From: Clostridiales bacterium UBA1740
Lineage (GTDB): Bacteria; Bacillota; Clostridia; Oscillospirales; CAG-272
Direction of reading: 5' to 3'
Assembly: GCA_002315715.1 (NCBI GenBank)
Contig: DCHY01000033.1
Span: 1-61,043, forward strand
DNA: 61,043 nucleotides
Positions 38,292-47,833 of the stretch are shown here, in pieces. Position 1 is the stretch's first letter. The number at the start of each line of letters is the position of its first letter. A program made the translations under genes and the position numbers. The notes beneath the pieces were generated by a model. That model did not search any database, was not told where the DNA came from, and saw nothing but the letters and a program-made list of their open reading frames with translations.

Positions 38292-38822
38292 GCAAATATC
38301 CGCGTAGGTCTTTTTCATATAGGCAGGGTTCAAAACCGCCTTTTCCCCTTGCTCCTTGAGGTCGGTGAAAACCTGCAAAAGAAACGCCATGGTTTTCGGG
38401 TTGCCGTTCACCTTGTTGCCGTAGCGCAGAAAATGCGATAGCGGCATCGAAACGTCGTAGTTTTTGCCGTTATACACCTTGGTGGCGGAGATTTTGTCAC
38501 AGGCGCATTCGACGGCGTATTTGTAAGGCATCAGAGGCGTCATTTCACAGTCGTCGTCCAGCCAGTATTCGATATGATGGGGATTTCTTCCCTTGTGGTG
38601 AAGCCAAGCACGGCTCACGCCGTTCTCTTTTCTCGCAAACACGATGGGGGAGCGGTTGCCTTGGTAGTACTTCGCCGATTCGAAAAATTCGCAGGGCGAA
38701 TATTTGGATAAGTCGTGCAAAAGACCGCGAAAAGGAATGCCGCACCGAAGACAGGCGCAAAACACCGCGTGACGGTGCCTCGTTATCAGTATGAAGTGGC
38801 GAAACAAAGAAGAAATTTTCAA
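38283..38822 (-). CDS. hypothetical protein, DUF5662-like (HD-like LLHDLSKYSP motif)
   Basis: TTG start with an AGAGG SD. His-rich motifs LHDLSK, WLHHKGRNPHH. The 3' end overlaps the CYTH gene by 9 nt, convergently. Confidence 0.6.
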   Translation of the reverse strand: MKISSLFRHFILITRHRHAVFCACLRCGIPFRGLLHDLSKYSPCEFFESAKYYQGNRSPIVFARKENGVSRAWLHHKGRNPHHIEYWLDDDCEMTPLMPYKYAVECACDKISATKVYNGKNYDVSMPLSHFLRYGNKVNGNPKTMAFLLQVFTDLKEQGEKAVLNPAYMKKTYADICLR

Positions 38823-38898
38823 GTTTTTGACCTCTTTTTGAAATTCGCTTTTATTGTATTCTCATTTTTGCTAAATGTCAACTCACAGGAGAAAACCC

Positions 38899-40290
38899 AT
38901 GAAAAAATTTATGGATGACAAATATCTTCTTTCAACCAAAACCGCGCGCGTGCTCTATCGCGAGTTCGCGGCGGGCAATCCGATTTTCGATTTTCACTGT
39001 CACCTCGACGCCAAAGATATTTACGAGGACAAAACCTACCGTTCCGTCACGGAACTTTGGCTCGGCGGCGACCATTATAAATGGCGCTTGATGCGTGAAG
39101 CCGGCGTGCCGGAAGAGAAGATCACGGGCGACGCCTCGGATCTTGAAAAATTCCGCGCATTTGCCAAGGTTTGTTCCCGTGCCATCGGCAACCCGATTTA
39201 CGCCTGGACGCATCTCGAGATGCAGCGCTATTTCGGCATCCGCGAACCCTTGACCGAAGAAAACGCCGACCGTCTTTTTAACTTGATGAACGAAAAAGTG
39301 CCGTCGCTCTCGGCGAGAACCCTCATTCGCGACAGCCACGTCAGTGCCATTTGCACTACCGACGATCCGACCTCCGACTTGTCGTATCACGTCGCCCTTG
39401 CCAAGGACGAGACCTTCAAAACCCGCGTTTTGCCCACCTTCCGTCCCGATGCTGCCCTGAAATTGACGGCGCCCGGTTTTGCCGCTTGGCTCTCTAAATT
39501 GGCGGAAAAGGTCGGTTTCCCCGTCGATTCTTACGGGGATTTGAAACGCGCCCTTGCCGCGCGCGTTGACTTTTTTGACGAAGTCGGTTGCGTCGTTTCT
39601 GACCATTCCTTGGAGCCCGTGCCCTACGCCGACGAGAGCGTCAACCTCGACGAAGTCTTCCGCAAAGCCAAGGCACAACAACCCGTCTTTCAAGCCGAAG
39701 CCGACGCTTATCGCTTCGATTTGCTCGTTTTTCTCTCGGCGGAATATGAAAAGCACGGCTGGGCGCAGCAATTGCACATCGGCGCACAGCGCAACAATTC
39801 GCAAATCAACTTTGAAAAACTCGGTCCCGACACCGGTTTCGATACCCTCGGCGACGACAAAATCGCGGCACCGCTTTCGGCGCTTCTTTCAAAAGAGCAG
39901 AAGGAAGGGCATCTGCCGAAAACCGTTCTGTACTGTCTCAATCCCGCTCAAAACGAGGTGCTCGCCGGTCTTATGAACTGTTTTGCCGGCGACGTGCCGG
40001 GAAAAATTCAGTACGGCGCCGCCTGGTGGTTTAACGATACCAAAGAGGGCATCTCCCGCCAACTTGACACTCTTATGCAGTTCGGCTTGCTCTCGGAATT
40101 CATCGGCATGCTCACCGACAGCCGCAGTTTCCTTTCCTACGCCCGTCACGAGTATTTCCGCCGTATCCTTTGCGACAAAATCGGCGCCCTCGTCGAAAAC
40201 GGGGAATTTCCAAACGACAAACAAACCCTCGGCGCCATCGTCAACGCCGTTTGTTATCAAAACGCCTGCCGCTATTTCCGCAAAGCGTAA
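38899..40290 (+). CDS. uxaC: glucuronate (uronate) isomerase
   Basis: MKKFMDDKYLLSTKTARVLY...PIFDFHCHLD...WLGGDHYKWRLMR is canonical UxaC. AGGAG SD. Confidence 0.92.
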   Translation: MKKFMDDKYLLSTKTARVLYREFAAGNPIFDFHCHLDAKDIYEDKTYRSVTELWLGGDHYKWRLMREAGVPEEKITGDASDLEKFRAFAKVCSRAIGNPIYAWTHLEMQRYFGIREPLTEENADRLFNLMNEKVPSLSARTLIRDSHVSAICTTDDPTSDLSYHVALAKDETFKTRVLPTFRPDAALKLTAPGFAAWLSKLAEKVGFPVDSYGDLKRALAARVDFFDEVGCVVSDHSLEPVPYADESVNLDEVFRKAKAQQPVFQAEADAYRFDLLVFLSAEYEKHGWAQQLHIGAQRNNSQINFEKLGPDTGFDTLGDDKIAAPLSALLSKEQKEGHLPKTVLYCLNPAQNEVLAGLMNCFAGDVPGKIQYGAAWWFNDTKEGISRQLDTLMQFGLLSEFIGMLTDSRSFLSYARHEYFRRILCDKIGALVENGEFPNDKQTLGAIVNAVCYQNACRYFRKA

Positions 40291-40349
40291 GTCGGACGTA
40301 TTGCCGATTGCTCTTTTTACACGAAAAAAGTTAATAATAAACGAAAATC

Positions 40350-40381
40350 AACACGGTTTCTCTTGAGGAACCGTGTTTTTG
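40350..40381 (+). terminator. rho-independent terminator after uxaC
   Basis: AACACGGTT...AACCGTGTT hairpin followed by TTTTT. Confidence 0.7.
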
Positions 40382-40413
40382 AAAAAATATTTATAACAAT
40401 ATATAACATTATG

Positions 40414-40442
40414 TTGACAAAAATAACGGTTTGATATATAAT
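40414..40442 (+). promoter_or_regulatory. consensus sigma-A promoter of the glmM cluster
   Basis: TTGACA (40414-40419), 17-nt spacer, TATAAT (40437-40442). Confidence 0.6.
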
Positions 40443-40515
40443 AAAGAAAAATCACATAATCATAGCGTCACCATATTATACTAATACCCACATCTTATGA
40501 TAACAAGGAGAATTC

Positions 40516-41874
40516 ATGGGCAAGTATTTCGGAACAGACGGTTTCCGCGGCAAAGCGGGAGAAACCATCACGGCGGACCACGCCTTCTTTATCGGTCGGT
40601 ATCTCGGATACCATTTCAAAAAACTCAAGAAGAATCCCAAAGTGCTGCTGGGAAAAGACCCGCGTCTTTCTTCCTCCATGCTCGAGGCGGCGATGGTTGC
40701 CGGTCTCGTCGCATCCGGCAGTGACTGTCATTTGCTTCATATGACCACCACCCCCGCCGTCAGTTATCTGACGAGAACCATGGGATACGACGCCGGTATC
40801 ATGATTTCGGCATCCCACAATCCCTATTACGACAACGGCATTAAAATCATGAACGATGTCGGCGAAAAGATGGACGAATCGCTGCTTCTCGCAATCGAGC
40901 ATTATCTCGACACCAAAGAACCGGAAATTCCCTTCGTAACCGGCGAACATCTCGGCACTATCGTTTCTATGGAAAAGATTCACAGCTGCTACCTCGGCTT
41001 TCTTTCCACCCTCGTCCGGTCTTCTTTTGAAGGTTTTCGGGTGGGACTCGACTGTGCCAACGGCGGTGCCTCCGTCTTGGCGCAAACGCTTCTTGAAAAT
41101 CTCGGCGCCCGCGTCTATGTCATTCACAATCAGCCAAACGGCATTAACATCAACGAGGATTGCGGCTCCACCCACACGGCGTCGCTGCGCAAATTCGTAA
41201 AAGACAATCGTCTCGACGTCGGCTTTGCCTTCGACGGCGACGGCGACCGCTGTATTGCCGTGGATGAAAACGGCAAGGAAGTCAACGGCGACGTGATGAT
41301 GTACGTCATCGCCAAAACCTTAAAAGAACATAATCAACTTCCGAGCAACACCGTCGTGACCACCGTCATGAGCAATCTCGGTCTCTATAAAGCCCTTGAT
41401 AAGGCGGACATCGGTTATGAAAAAACCGCCGTCGGCGACCGTTACGTCTATGAAAGCATGAAAGCCTACGATCATATTTTCGGCGGCGAGCAGAGCGGTC
41501 ATTTGATTTTCCGCAAGTATGCGAGAACGGGCGACGGCCTTATCACCGCTATCGTCCTTTTGAACGTCATGGCGGAAAACGCCCTGCCGCTGAGCGAACT
41601 GGCAAAACCCGTCAAACTGTTGCCGCAGATTTTGAAAAACGCCCGCGTTGACGATAAAGACGCAGCTTTCAATCATCCCCTCGTCAGAGACGCCGTCAGA
41701 GATTGCACGAAGCAACTCGGTGCAAACGGCAGAGTCCTTTTGCGCAAGAGCGGCACCGAATCCGTGCTTCGCGTCATGGCGGAGGCACAGACGCAATCGG
41801 TCTGCGAGGACGTTCTCGAAAGAATTTTCGACGCCATTCGACAAACCGGCCATCTCGTCGGGGAAAACGCTTGA
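40516..41874 (+). CDS. glmM: phosphoglucosamine mutase
   Basis: MGKYFGTDGFRGKAGE ... active-site SASHNPYYDNGIK ... FDGDGDR. Confidence 0.95.
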   Translation: MGKYFGTDGFRGKAGETITADHAFFIGRYLGYHFKKLKKNPKVLLGKDPRLSSSMLEAAMVAGLVASGSDCHLLHMTTTPAVSYLTRTMGYDAGIMISASHNPYYDNGIKIMNDVGEKMDESLLLAIEHYLDTKEPEIPFVTGEHLGTIVSMEKIHSCYLGFLSTLVRSSFEGFRVGLDCANGGASVLAQTLLENLGARVYVIHNQPNGININEDCGSTHTASLRKFVKDNRLDVGFAFDGDGDRCIAVDENGKEVNGDVMMYVIAKTLKEHNQLPSNTVVTTVMSNLGLYKALDKADIGYEKTAVGDRYVYESMKAYDHIFGGEQSGHLIFRKYARTGDGLITAIVLLNVMAENALPLSELAKPVKLLPQILKNARVDDKDAAFNHPLVRDAVRDCTKQLGANGRVLLRKSGTESVLRVMAEAQTQSVCEDVLERIFDAIRQTGHLVGENA

Positions 41875-42545
41875 CGTCCCCTATCGGAATTGTCAATCTC
41901 TTGGACGTCACGCACACGAGAGCCGAAAGCGCTCTTGCCAAGTTTACCTATCCCCATGAAATCCTCCCCCATCTTTTCAAGACGGTTCTCGCCATCGGAA
42001 AGACGCTCTCTCTCGATGAATTTTTTCATCCCGAAGAAGACGTTTGGATTGCCAAGGACGCCGTCGTCGATACGAAAACCACCCTCAAAGGACCGCTCGT
42101 CGTCGACCGTGAAGCCGAACTGCGCCCCGGCGCTTATATCCGCGGTGCGGTACTCATCGGCAAAGGCTGTGTCGTCGGGAATTCGACGGAAGTCAAAAAC
42201 GCCGTTTTCTTTGACGGCGCCAAAGCACCGCATTTCAACTACGTCGGCGACTCGATTCTCGGGTATATGGCGCACATGGGAGCCGGCAGCGTCACGAGCA
42301 ACGTCAAACTCGACAAAATCGAAGTGATCGTCAAAACGCCGTACGGCACGTATCCTACCGGCCTCAAAAAGTGCGGTGCCATCCTCGGCGATTTTGTCGA
42401 AGTCGGGTGCCACGCCGTCTTGAATCCCGGCACCGTCCTCGGCAGAGGTTCCAACGTATATCCCAACGCCTCGGTGCGCGGCTTCGTGCCCGAGAATACC
42501 GTATATAAAGATGCCCAAAACAGAGTTAAAAAAATAAAAATATAG
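41871..42545 (+). CDS. left-handed beta-helix (hexapeptide-repeat) protein, GlmU C-terminal-like
   Basis: Hexapeptide repeats (IRGAVLIGKGCVVGNSTEVKNAVFFDGAKAPHFNYVGDSILG...). The frame has no ATG after the glmM stop until far inside the gene. The proposed TTG start at 41871 overlaps the glmM TGA (TTGA), with GGGGA upstream. Confidence 0.65.
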   Translation: MTSPIGIVNLLDVTHTRAESALAKFTYPHEILPHLFKTVLAIGKTLSLDEFFHPEEDVWIAKDAVVDTKTTLKGPLVVDREAELRPGAYIRGAVLIGKGCVVGNSTEVKNAVFFDGAKAPHFNYVGDSILGYMAHMGAGSVTSNVKLDKIEVIVKTPYGTYPTGLKKCGAILGDFVEVGCHAVLNPGTVLGRGSNVYPNASVRGFVPENTVYKDAQNRVKKIKI

Positions 42546-42556
42546 GAAGTACGAAA

Positions 42557-43270
42557 ATGAAAATGAAAGAAAAAAGCGCAAGCCCTTTGTATGCACAAAT
42601 CATGGATGAACTCACCCGTGATATCACCATCGGCCGTTTCCGCGTCGGAGATATGATCCCCACCGAAACCGAACTTTGCGAAAGATTCCACGTGAGCCGT
42701 ATCACCGTCAGACGCGCCGTTGAAGAACTCAGCGAGCAGGGCATCCTTTCCCGTAAACAGGGTAAGGGTACCTTCGTCACCAAACCTTTGGCACAGCACA
42801 AGATTCCTTCCTCGGTTTTCTCTTTCCACACGCTTTGCGAGAACGCCGGCAAGAAACCCTCCGTCGTCGTCTTCTATCAGAGAGAAGAATTGGCGTCCAA
42901 GGACGATCAGGCAGCCCTGCAGCTCAAGAGCGGATCGAAAGTCGTTTCGATTTCCCGTCTTTGCTTTGCGGATGAAGTCCCCGTTATTTACACCGAACAG
43001 CGTTTCTCGATGGCTTACTCCTATCTTCTTGACAACGACCTCACGGCGTCCATCTATTCTCTTATCAGCAACTGCGGTTCCGAAGCCTCCTCTTCCTTCA
43101 GAACGATGAGTTTGGTTTACGCGACCGAGGAAATCGCCAAGAAATTAAACGTCAAAACCGGCGATGCTCTCATCCTTCTTCACTTCATCGTCTATGACCG
43201 TCAGGGAAGACCGATGAACATCACCGACGCATACGTGCGCGGCGATATTTTCCCTCTGCAATATCAATAA
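42557..43270 (+). CDS. GntR-family (HutC/NagR-like) transcriptional regulator
   Basis: N-terminal wHTH PLYAQIMDELTRDITIGRFRVGDMIPTETELCERFHVSRITVRRAVEEL and a UTRA-like C-terminal half. Confidence 0.88.
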   Translation: MKMKEKSASPLYAQIMDELTRDITIGRFRVGDMIPTETELCERFHVSRITVRRAVEELSEQGILSRKQGKGTFVTKPLAQHKIPSSVFSFHTLCENAGKKPSVVVFYQREELASKDDQAALQLKSGSKVVSISRLCFADEVPVIYTEQRFSMAYSYLLDNDLTASIYSLISNCGSEASSSFRTMSLVYATEEIAKKLNVKTGDALILLHFIVYDRQGRPMNITDAYVRGDIFPLQYQ

Positions 43271-43285
43271 TCCACAGGAGATTTT

Positions 43286-44065
43286 ATGCGCGTCATCATT
43301 CGTGACACTTACGAAATGATGTCGAAATGGGCGGCAAACGCCGTCGCGGAAAAAATCAAAAAACAGGAAAAAACAAAGCCCTTTGTTCTCGGTCTTCCGA
43401 CCGGCTCCACGCCCCAAGGCGTTTACCGTCTTTGGGTGGAAGCAAAAGAAAAAGGGCTTTTGTCGTTTTCAAACGTCGTAACTTTCAATATGGACGAATA
43501 CGTGGGGCTCTCCCCCGACGACGAAAACAGTTATCACGTCTTCATGTACCGAAACCTTTTTGACTTGGTGGATATCCCTAAAGAAAACGTTCATATTCTC
43601 GACGGCACTGCCATAGACCTTGAAGGCGAGTGTCAAGCGTACGAAAGCGCCATCACGGCGGCGGGCGGGATTGCTCTCTTCCTCGGCGGCATCGGCCGTG
43701 ACGGGCATATCGCCTTTAACGAGCCGTATACCCCCTTCACATCCCGTACCGGGGTGCGCACCTTGACTGCCGATACCGTAGCCGCCAACGCGCGATTTTT
43801 CGGCAATGACGAAGGGCGCGTACCGAAAAGAGCGCTCTCCGTCGGCATCGGCACCGTGATGGACGCCGGAGAAGTGATGATTTTGGCAAGCGGAAGAAAT
43901 AAGGCACACGCCGTTTGGGAAACGGTCGAAGGACCTATTTCCCACAAGTGCCCGGCGTCGGTTTTGCAACTCCACGAAAACGTAACCCTCGTTTGCGACG
44001 GGGAAGCCGCATCGGAACTGTCAAAAGACGCCGTCCGCTTCTTTCGGGAAACGGAAACCGCATGA
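43286..44065 (+). CDS. nagB: glucosamine-6-phosphate deaminase
   Basis: LGLPTGSTPQGVY ... FNMDEYVGL ... LGGIGRDGHIAFNEP. Confidence 0.93.
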   Translation: MRVIIRDTYEMMSKWAANAVAEKIKKQEKTKPFVLGLPTGSTPQGVYRLWVEAKEKGLLSFSNVVTFNMDEYVGLSPDDENSYHVFMYRNLFDLVDIPKENVHILDGTAIDLEGECQAYESAITAAGGIALFLGGIGRDGHIAFNEPYTPFTSRTGVRTLTADTVAANARFFGNDEGRVPKRALSVGIGTVMDAGEVMILASGRNKAHAVWETVEGPISHKCPASVLQLHENVTLVCDGEAASELSKDAVRFFRETETA

Positions 44066-44068
44066 AAA

Positions 44069-44105
44069 TCCCCCGACGGGCGATGCCGTCGGGGGGTACT
44101 TTTGC
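44069..44105 (+). terminator. probable terminator after nagB
   Basis: TCCCCGACGG...CCGTCGGGG hairpin, but the T-tract is weak. Confidence 0.5.
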
Positions 44106-44133
44106 AAAAAACAAGCCGCCAAACGGCGGCTTG
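44106..44133 (-). terminator. rho-independent terminator after AGCS symporter 1
   Basis: AAGCCGCC-AAAC-GGCGGCTT hairpin with a T-run on the minus strand. Confidence 0.7.
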
Positions 44134-44140
44134 AAAAGGT

Positions 44141-45544
44141 TTATTCGGAAAGGGAGAGTTCTTTGTCTTTCTGCGTGTATTTTTTGACTTCCGCCGCCAC
44201 GGTTCCGGCAAGGAGGAACAGGGCGATAAGGTTCGGGATAGCCATAAGACCGTTGAAGGTGTCGGCGAGATCCCAAACGATGCCGACGTTGAGGGTGGCA
44301 CCGACGATGGAGACAAGCGCGTAAAGGACGAGGAATATTTTGTTCCATTTGGAACCGAAGAGGAATTCGACGCAGCGAACGCCGTAAAGGCCCCAACCGA
44401 GCGTCGTCGAGAAAGCGAAACAACACATCGCCACGGCGGTGATAACGGTCACCCAAGAACCGTAGGTGTTGACGAAACCGGCAATGGTGAGTTCGGCGCC
44501 GGCAGCGGAACCGTAACCGATGGTAACACCGCTCGTCAGAATGACAAGAGCCGTCATGGTGCAGATGACGATGGTATCCATAAAGACTTCGAAAATACCG
44601 TAAAAACCTTGATGAACGGGGCTTTCGGTGTCGGCGGCGGCGTGAGCGATGGAACCGGTACCGAGACCGGCTTCATTCGAGAAGATGCCGCGCGAAACGC
44701 CTTTTTTCACACTCATAAACATCGAGCCGACAAGACCGCCGGTGATGGCAAGAGGGCTGAAAGCCGCCTCAAAAATTTGGGCAAACGCCGTGGGAACGGC
44801 TTTGATATTGACGCAAATAACGCCGAGCGAAAGAACGATGTAAAGCAGCGCCATAAAGGGAATCAAACGTTCGGTCACGTTGCCGATACGCTTAAGACCG
44901 CCGAGAAGAATCAAAAGAACGAGGGCACAAATGACACAGCCGATGCCGATTTTCAAACCGAGCATCACACCGTCGGAAACGGTGGTAAAACTCGTGACGG
45001 CGGAGGTGACGGCGGTGACGACGGTATTGACCTGCGTCGCGCTGCCCGTTCCGAATACGGCAAGAATGCCGAGCGCCGCATAGGCGTAGGCGAGAAAATG
45101 CCATTTCTTGGACAAACCGTTTTTAATGAAGTACATGGGACCGCCGACATAGTCGCCGTGGGCGTTCTTTTCGCGGAAGCGAATCGAGAGCACGACTTCG
45201 GCAAATTTGGTTCCCATACCGAGAAGGGCGGATATCCACATCCAGAACACCGCGCCGGGACCGCCGATGGCGATGGCACCTGCCACGCCGGCGATATTAC
45301 CCGTGCCGACGGTAGCGGCAAGAGCGGTACAAACGGCTTGGAAAGGGGTTACTGTGCCTTCTTTCGTTTGTTTCTTATCGAACATACGGCCGAGGGTCGT
45401 CTTCATAGCCGTGCCGAATTTGCGGAACTGAATACCTTTCGTTACGACGGCAATCAAAATGCCGACGACCACGATGCAAATCATCGCGGGAACACCCCAA
45501 ACAAAATTATTGACGGCGGTGTTTGCTTTTACTAACCATTCCAT
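44141..45544 (-). CDS. alanine/glycine:cation symporter (AGCS family), paralog 1
   Basis: 467 aa, polytopic, with FQAVCTALAATVGTGNIAGVAGAI and GPGAVFWMWISALLGM motifs typical of sodium:alanine symporters. Confidence 0.9.
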   Translation of the reverse strand: MEWLVKANTAVNNFVWGVPAMICIVVVGILIAVVTKGIQFRKFGTAMKTTLGRMFDKKQTKEGTVTPFQAVCTALAATVGTGNIAGVAGAIAIGGPGAVFWMWISALLGMGTKFAEVVLSIRFREKNAHGDYVGGPMYFIKNGLSKKWHFLAYAYAALGILAVFGTGSATQVNTVVTAVTSAVTSFTTVSDGVMLGLKIGIGCVICALVLLILLGGLKRIGNVTERLIPFMALLYIVLSLGVICVNIKAVPTAFAQIFEAAFSPLAITGGLVGSMFMSVKKGVSRGIFSNEAGLGTGSIAHAAADTESPVHQGFYGIFEVFMDTIVICTMTALVILTSGVTIGYGSAAGAELTIAGFVNTYGSWVTVITAVAMCCFAFSTTLGWGLYGVRCVEFLFGSKWNKIFLVLYALVSIVGATLNVGIVWDLADTFNGLMAIPNLIALFLLAGTVAAEVKKYTQKDKELSLSE

Positions 45545-45600
45545 ACATCTATCCTGTTGTCATAAATTGGCTTTTGCAGGACAAAAACCTGAACGACAAT

Positions 45601-45629
45601 ATTATATAGGACCTGCGCGCGCATGTCAA
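45601..45629 (-). promoter_or_regulatory. consensus sigma-A promoter of AGCS symporter 1
   Basis: On the minus strand: TTGACA (45629-45624), 17-nt spacer, TATAAT (45606-45601). No riboswitch-like sequence in the short leader. Confidence 0.6.
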
Positions 45630-45645
45630 GAAGTTTTTTTGAAGG

Positions 45646-45680
45646 AAAAACCGCCGCCCCTTGAAGGACGGCGGAAAAAT
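45646..45680 (-). terminator. rho-independent terminator ending the VTC-DUF4956-beta-helix operon
   Basis: CCGCCG...CGGCGG hairpin followed by TTTTT on the minus strand. Confidence 0.7.
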
Positions 45681-45699
45681 AAGGAGAAAAGAGGAAAAA

Positions 45700-47823
45700 T
45701 CAAGAGAAAGTCGCGTTGCTTGCGCCGAGGAATATTACGAGCGCCGAGAGGGAAGTGGGCATTTCGACACTCGTCTTGGTCACGCCTCCGACCTTGACGG
45801 TGAGAGTTTGTCCTTTCGAGAGGGATTTGGTGGTTTTCGTGCCGATAGACGAGAAGTTTTGACATTTGGTCGATTCACTGCCCATGCCGTTTGAAGGACA
45901 AATGGCAAGTACGACACCGCCCGTGTAGGTATATCCTTGTTCGGTATCGATGGAGGAGTTGCCGCCCGACGTGCTGATAACGGTGACGGTGCCGCCTTCG
46001 AAAGAGATGCCTTTGTAGGACGTCTTGCTGTTGGCGTCGACGCCGTCGCCGCCGGCGTAGATATAAACCGTACCGCCCGCAAAGGTGATGCCCACGCCGG
46101 AGGTTGCCGTCGCATTGATGCCGTCGTCGGTGGAAGTGACGGAAATATCACCGCCCGTTACCGTCACGGTCGTTCCTTCGAGACCTTCGTAGCAGCCGCT
46201 GACGGTGATTTGACCGCCCGAAACGAGAAGGGCGCCGTCGGCGTGAACGCCGTCGTCTTTGGAGAATAGGGAAAGCGTACCGCCCGAGATTGTGACGTTG
46301 CCAAGCGGCGTTTGTTCGTTTTCAAGCGCCGTATCGCTGTTGGCGTGGATAGCGTCGTCGTAGGACTTGACGGTGACGTTGCCGCCCGAAATTCTTATCT
46401 CGTTGTCGGCTTTGATACCCTTCGTTGAATACTCGCTTTTGTCGGTATTGCCGTCTTGCATACCGCCCATGCCTCCCATGCCTCCGCCTTGCACGGAGGA
46501 GGAATAGTTCGTGAAGTTATAGGAAAGATAACCGCCGCGCGCTTCTATGGCAAAGGTGTCGTATGCGGTATTCCAGGTGATGTTGTCGGTCTTCGTCAGA
46601 TAGTCGCTCTCACTGCCGACGGTTTGGGTGGAGTTATAAACGAAGATTTGCACGTACTGATACCCCGTCAGTTTTTCGACCTCATAGTAGTAATAGGTCT
46701 GAAAACCGCCGCTGACGGATTTTGAATAAACGGCGCTAACCATCTGTTTGTCGGTGTCACTGTTGTAATAGAGCACCGCGTAGTTGTAATTTTTGGAGGT
46801 AAAACGAATATAGCGGCTGCCGCTTTCGCTCTCGGATGCCGTGACTTCTTCCGAATAGGGGGAATACTTGTCGGTGTATACGGAAAGCATCGTATCGCCG
46901 GAAATATCGACGTCGTAGGCGGCGTCAATCCCGTCGCAGGCGGCGTAAATATTCAAAGTACCGCCCGATAGGGTTACGGTGCCGCGCTGGTTGCCCTTGG
47001 AGGAAATATCGGAATTGCTCGTCTTGATGCCGTCGCCGCCTTTGGCGATGAGGGTGAGAATCCCGCCCGTCACCGTCACCGAGTCGTTGCCTTTGAGGGC
47101 GTTGTCGATACAGGTGACGGAAAGGGTCACGTTTTTGATTTCGAGATCGTCTTTGGTGTGAATGCCGTTGTTGTTTTCGGAAATGACGGTAAGTTCGCCC
47201 TTGCCCCCGATATCGAGGTCACACGCGGCGTACACGGCGGAAGCGTGCACGTCTATGTCGGTCACGGCAGGACGCTTGTCGTAGATATAGTTTCGCGTGT
47301 CTTTCTTCGCGGTTATTGTCACTTTGTCCGCCGAAACGATTTCGATGGGATTTTCGTCGGAAGAGAAGAGCGTTACGCCGCAAAGTTCGAGTTCAAACTT
47401 GAAATCCTCCCCGACGTCGATGCAAATTTGCCCGTCCAATTCGCCGGAGAGCGAAACGACCGTTTTTTCTGTGATATTTGTAAAATTCAAAGTTTTCCCG
47501 TCGAAAGCATAGCAATTTTCGGTACCTTCCGAAACGGTAACCACAAGAGTATTGACGGATTCTTGCAGTTCTTCGGGAATGTCCGTCTTTTCTTCGTCCA
47601 CTTTTTGCGCCGTTTCTTCGTCGCTTTCTTGGTCGGCGGACTGTCCGACATCCCCACTACCGCTTTGTCCTTGATTTTCGTTTTCACCGCTATCGTCGGT
47701 TTCGCCGCTTTCGCTGTCTCTGATGACGGAAATAAAACTCTCCCCAGCGTTTTGCAGACACGAAGAGAAAAAGAACGTCATGCAAAGACAAATACAAAGC
47801 ATGAAGATGAACGTTTTTTTCAT
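45700..47823 (-). CDS. surface lipoprotein with parallel beta-helix repeats, Cthe_2159-like carbohydrate/calcium-binding family
   Basis: Signal peptide with lipobox FSSC (MKKTFIFMLCICLCMTFFFSSC). An acidic low-complexity linker of about 60 aa precedes many repeats of the form (S/T)GG.(L/V)T(I/V)...(D)DG(I/V). The ATG at 47823 lies inside track ORF 45700..47844. Confidence 0.75.
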   Translation of the reverse strand: MKKTFIFMLCICLCMTFFFSSCLQNAGESFISVIRDSESGETDDSGENENQGQSGSGDVGQSADQESDEETAQKVDEEKTDIPEELQESVNTLVVTVSEGTENCYAFDGKTLNFTNITEKTVVSLSGELDGQICIDVGEDFKFELELCGVTLFSSDENPIEIVSADKVTITAKKDTRNYIYDKRPAVTDIDVHASAVYAACDLDIGGKGELTVISENNNGIHTKDDLEIKNVTLSVTCIDNALKGNDSVTVTGGILTLIAKGGDGIKTSNSDISSKGNQRGTVTLSGGTLNIYAACDGIDAAYDVDISGDTMLSVYTDKYSPYSEEVTASESESGSRYIRFTSKNYNYAVLYYNSDTDKQMVSAVYSKSVSGGFQTYYYYEVEKLTGYQYVQIFVYNSTQTVGSESDYLTKTDNITWNTAYDTFAIEARGGYLSYNFTNYSSSVQGGGMGGMGGMQDGNTDKSEYSTKGIKADNEIRISGGNVTVKSYDDAIHANSDTALENEQTPLGNVTISGGTLSLFSKDDGVHADGALLVSGGQITVSGCYEGLEGTTVTVTGGDISVTSTDDGINATATSGVGITFAGGTVYIYAGGDGVDANSKTSYKGISFEGGTVTVISTSGGNSSIDTEQGYTYTGGVVLAICPSNGMGSESTKCQNFSSIGTKTTKSLSKGQTLTVKVGGVTKTSVEMPTSLSALVIFLGASNATFS

Positions 47824-47833
47824 GTTAGATACC

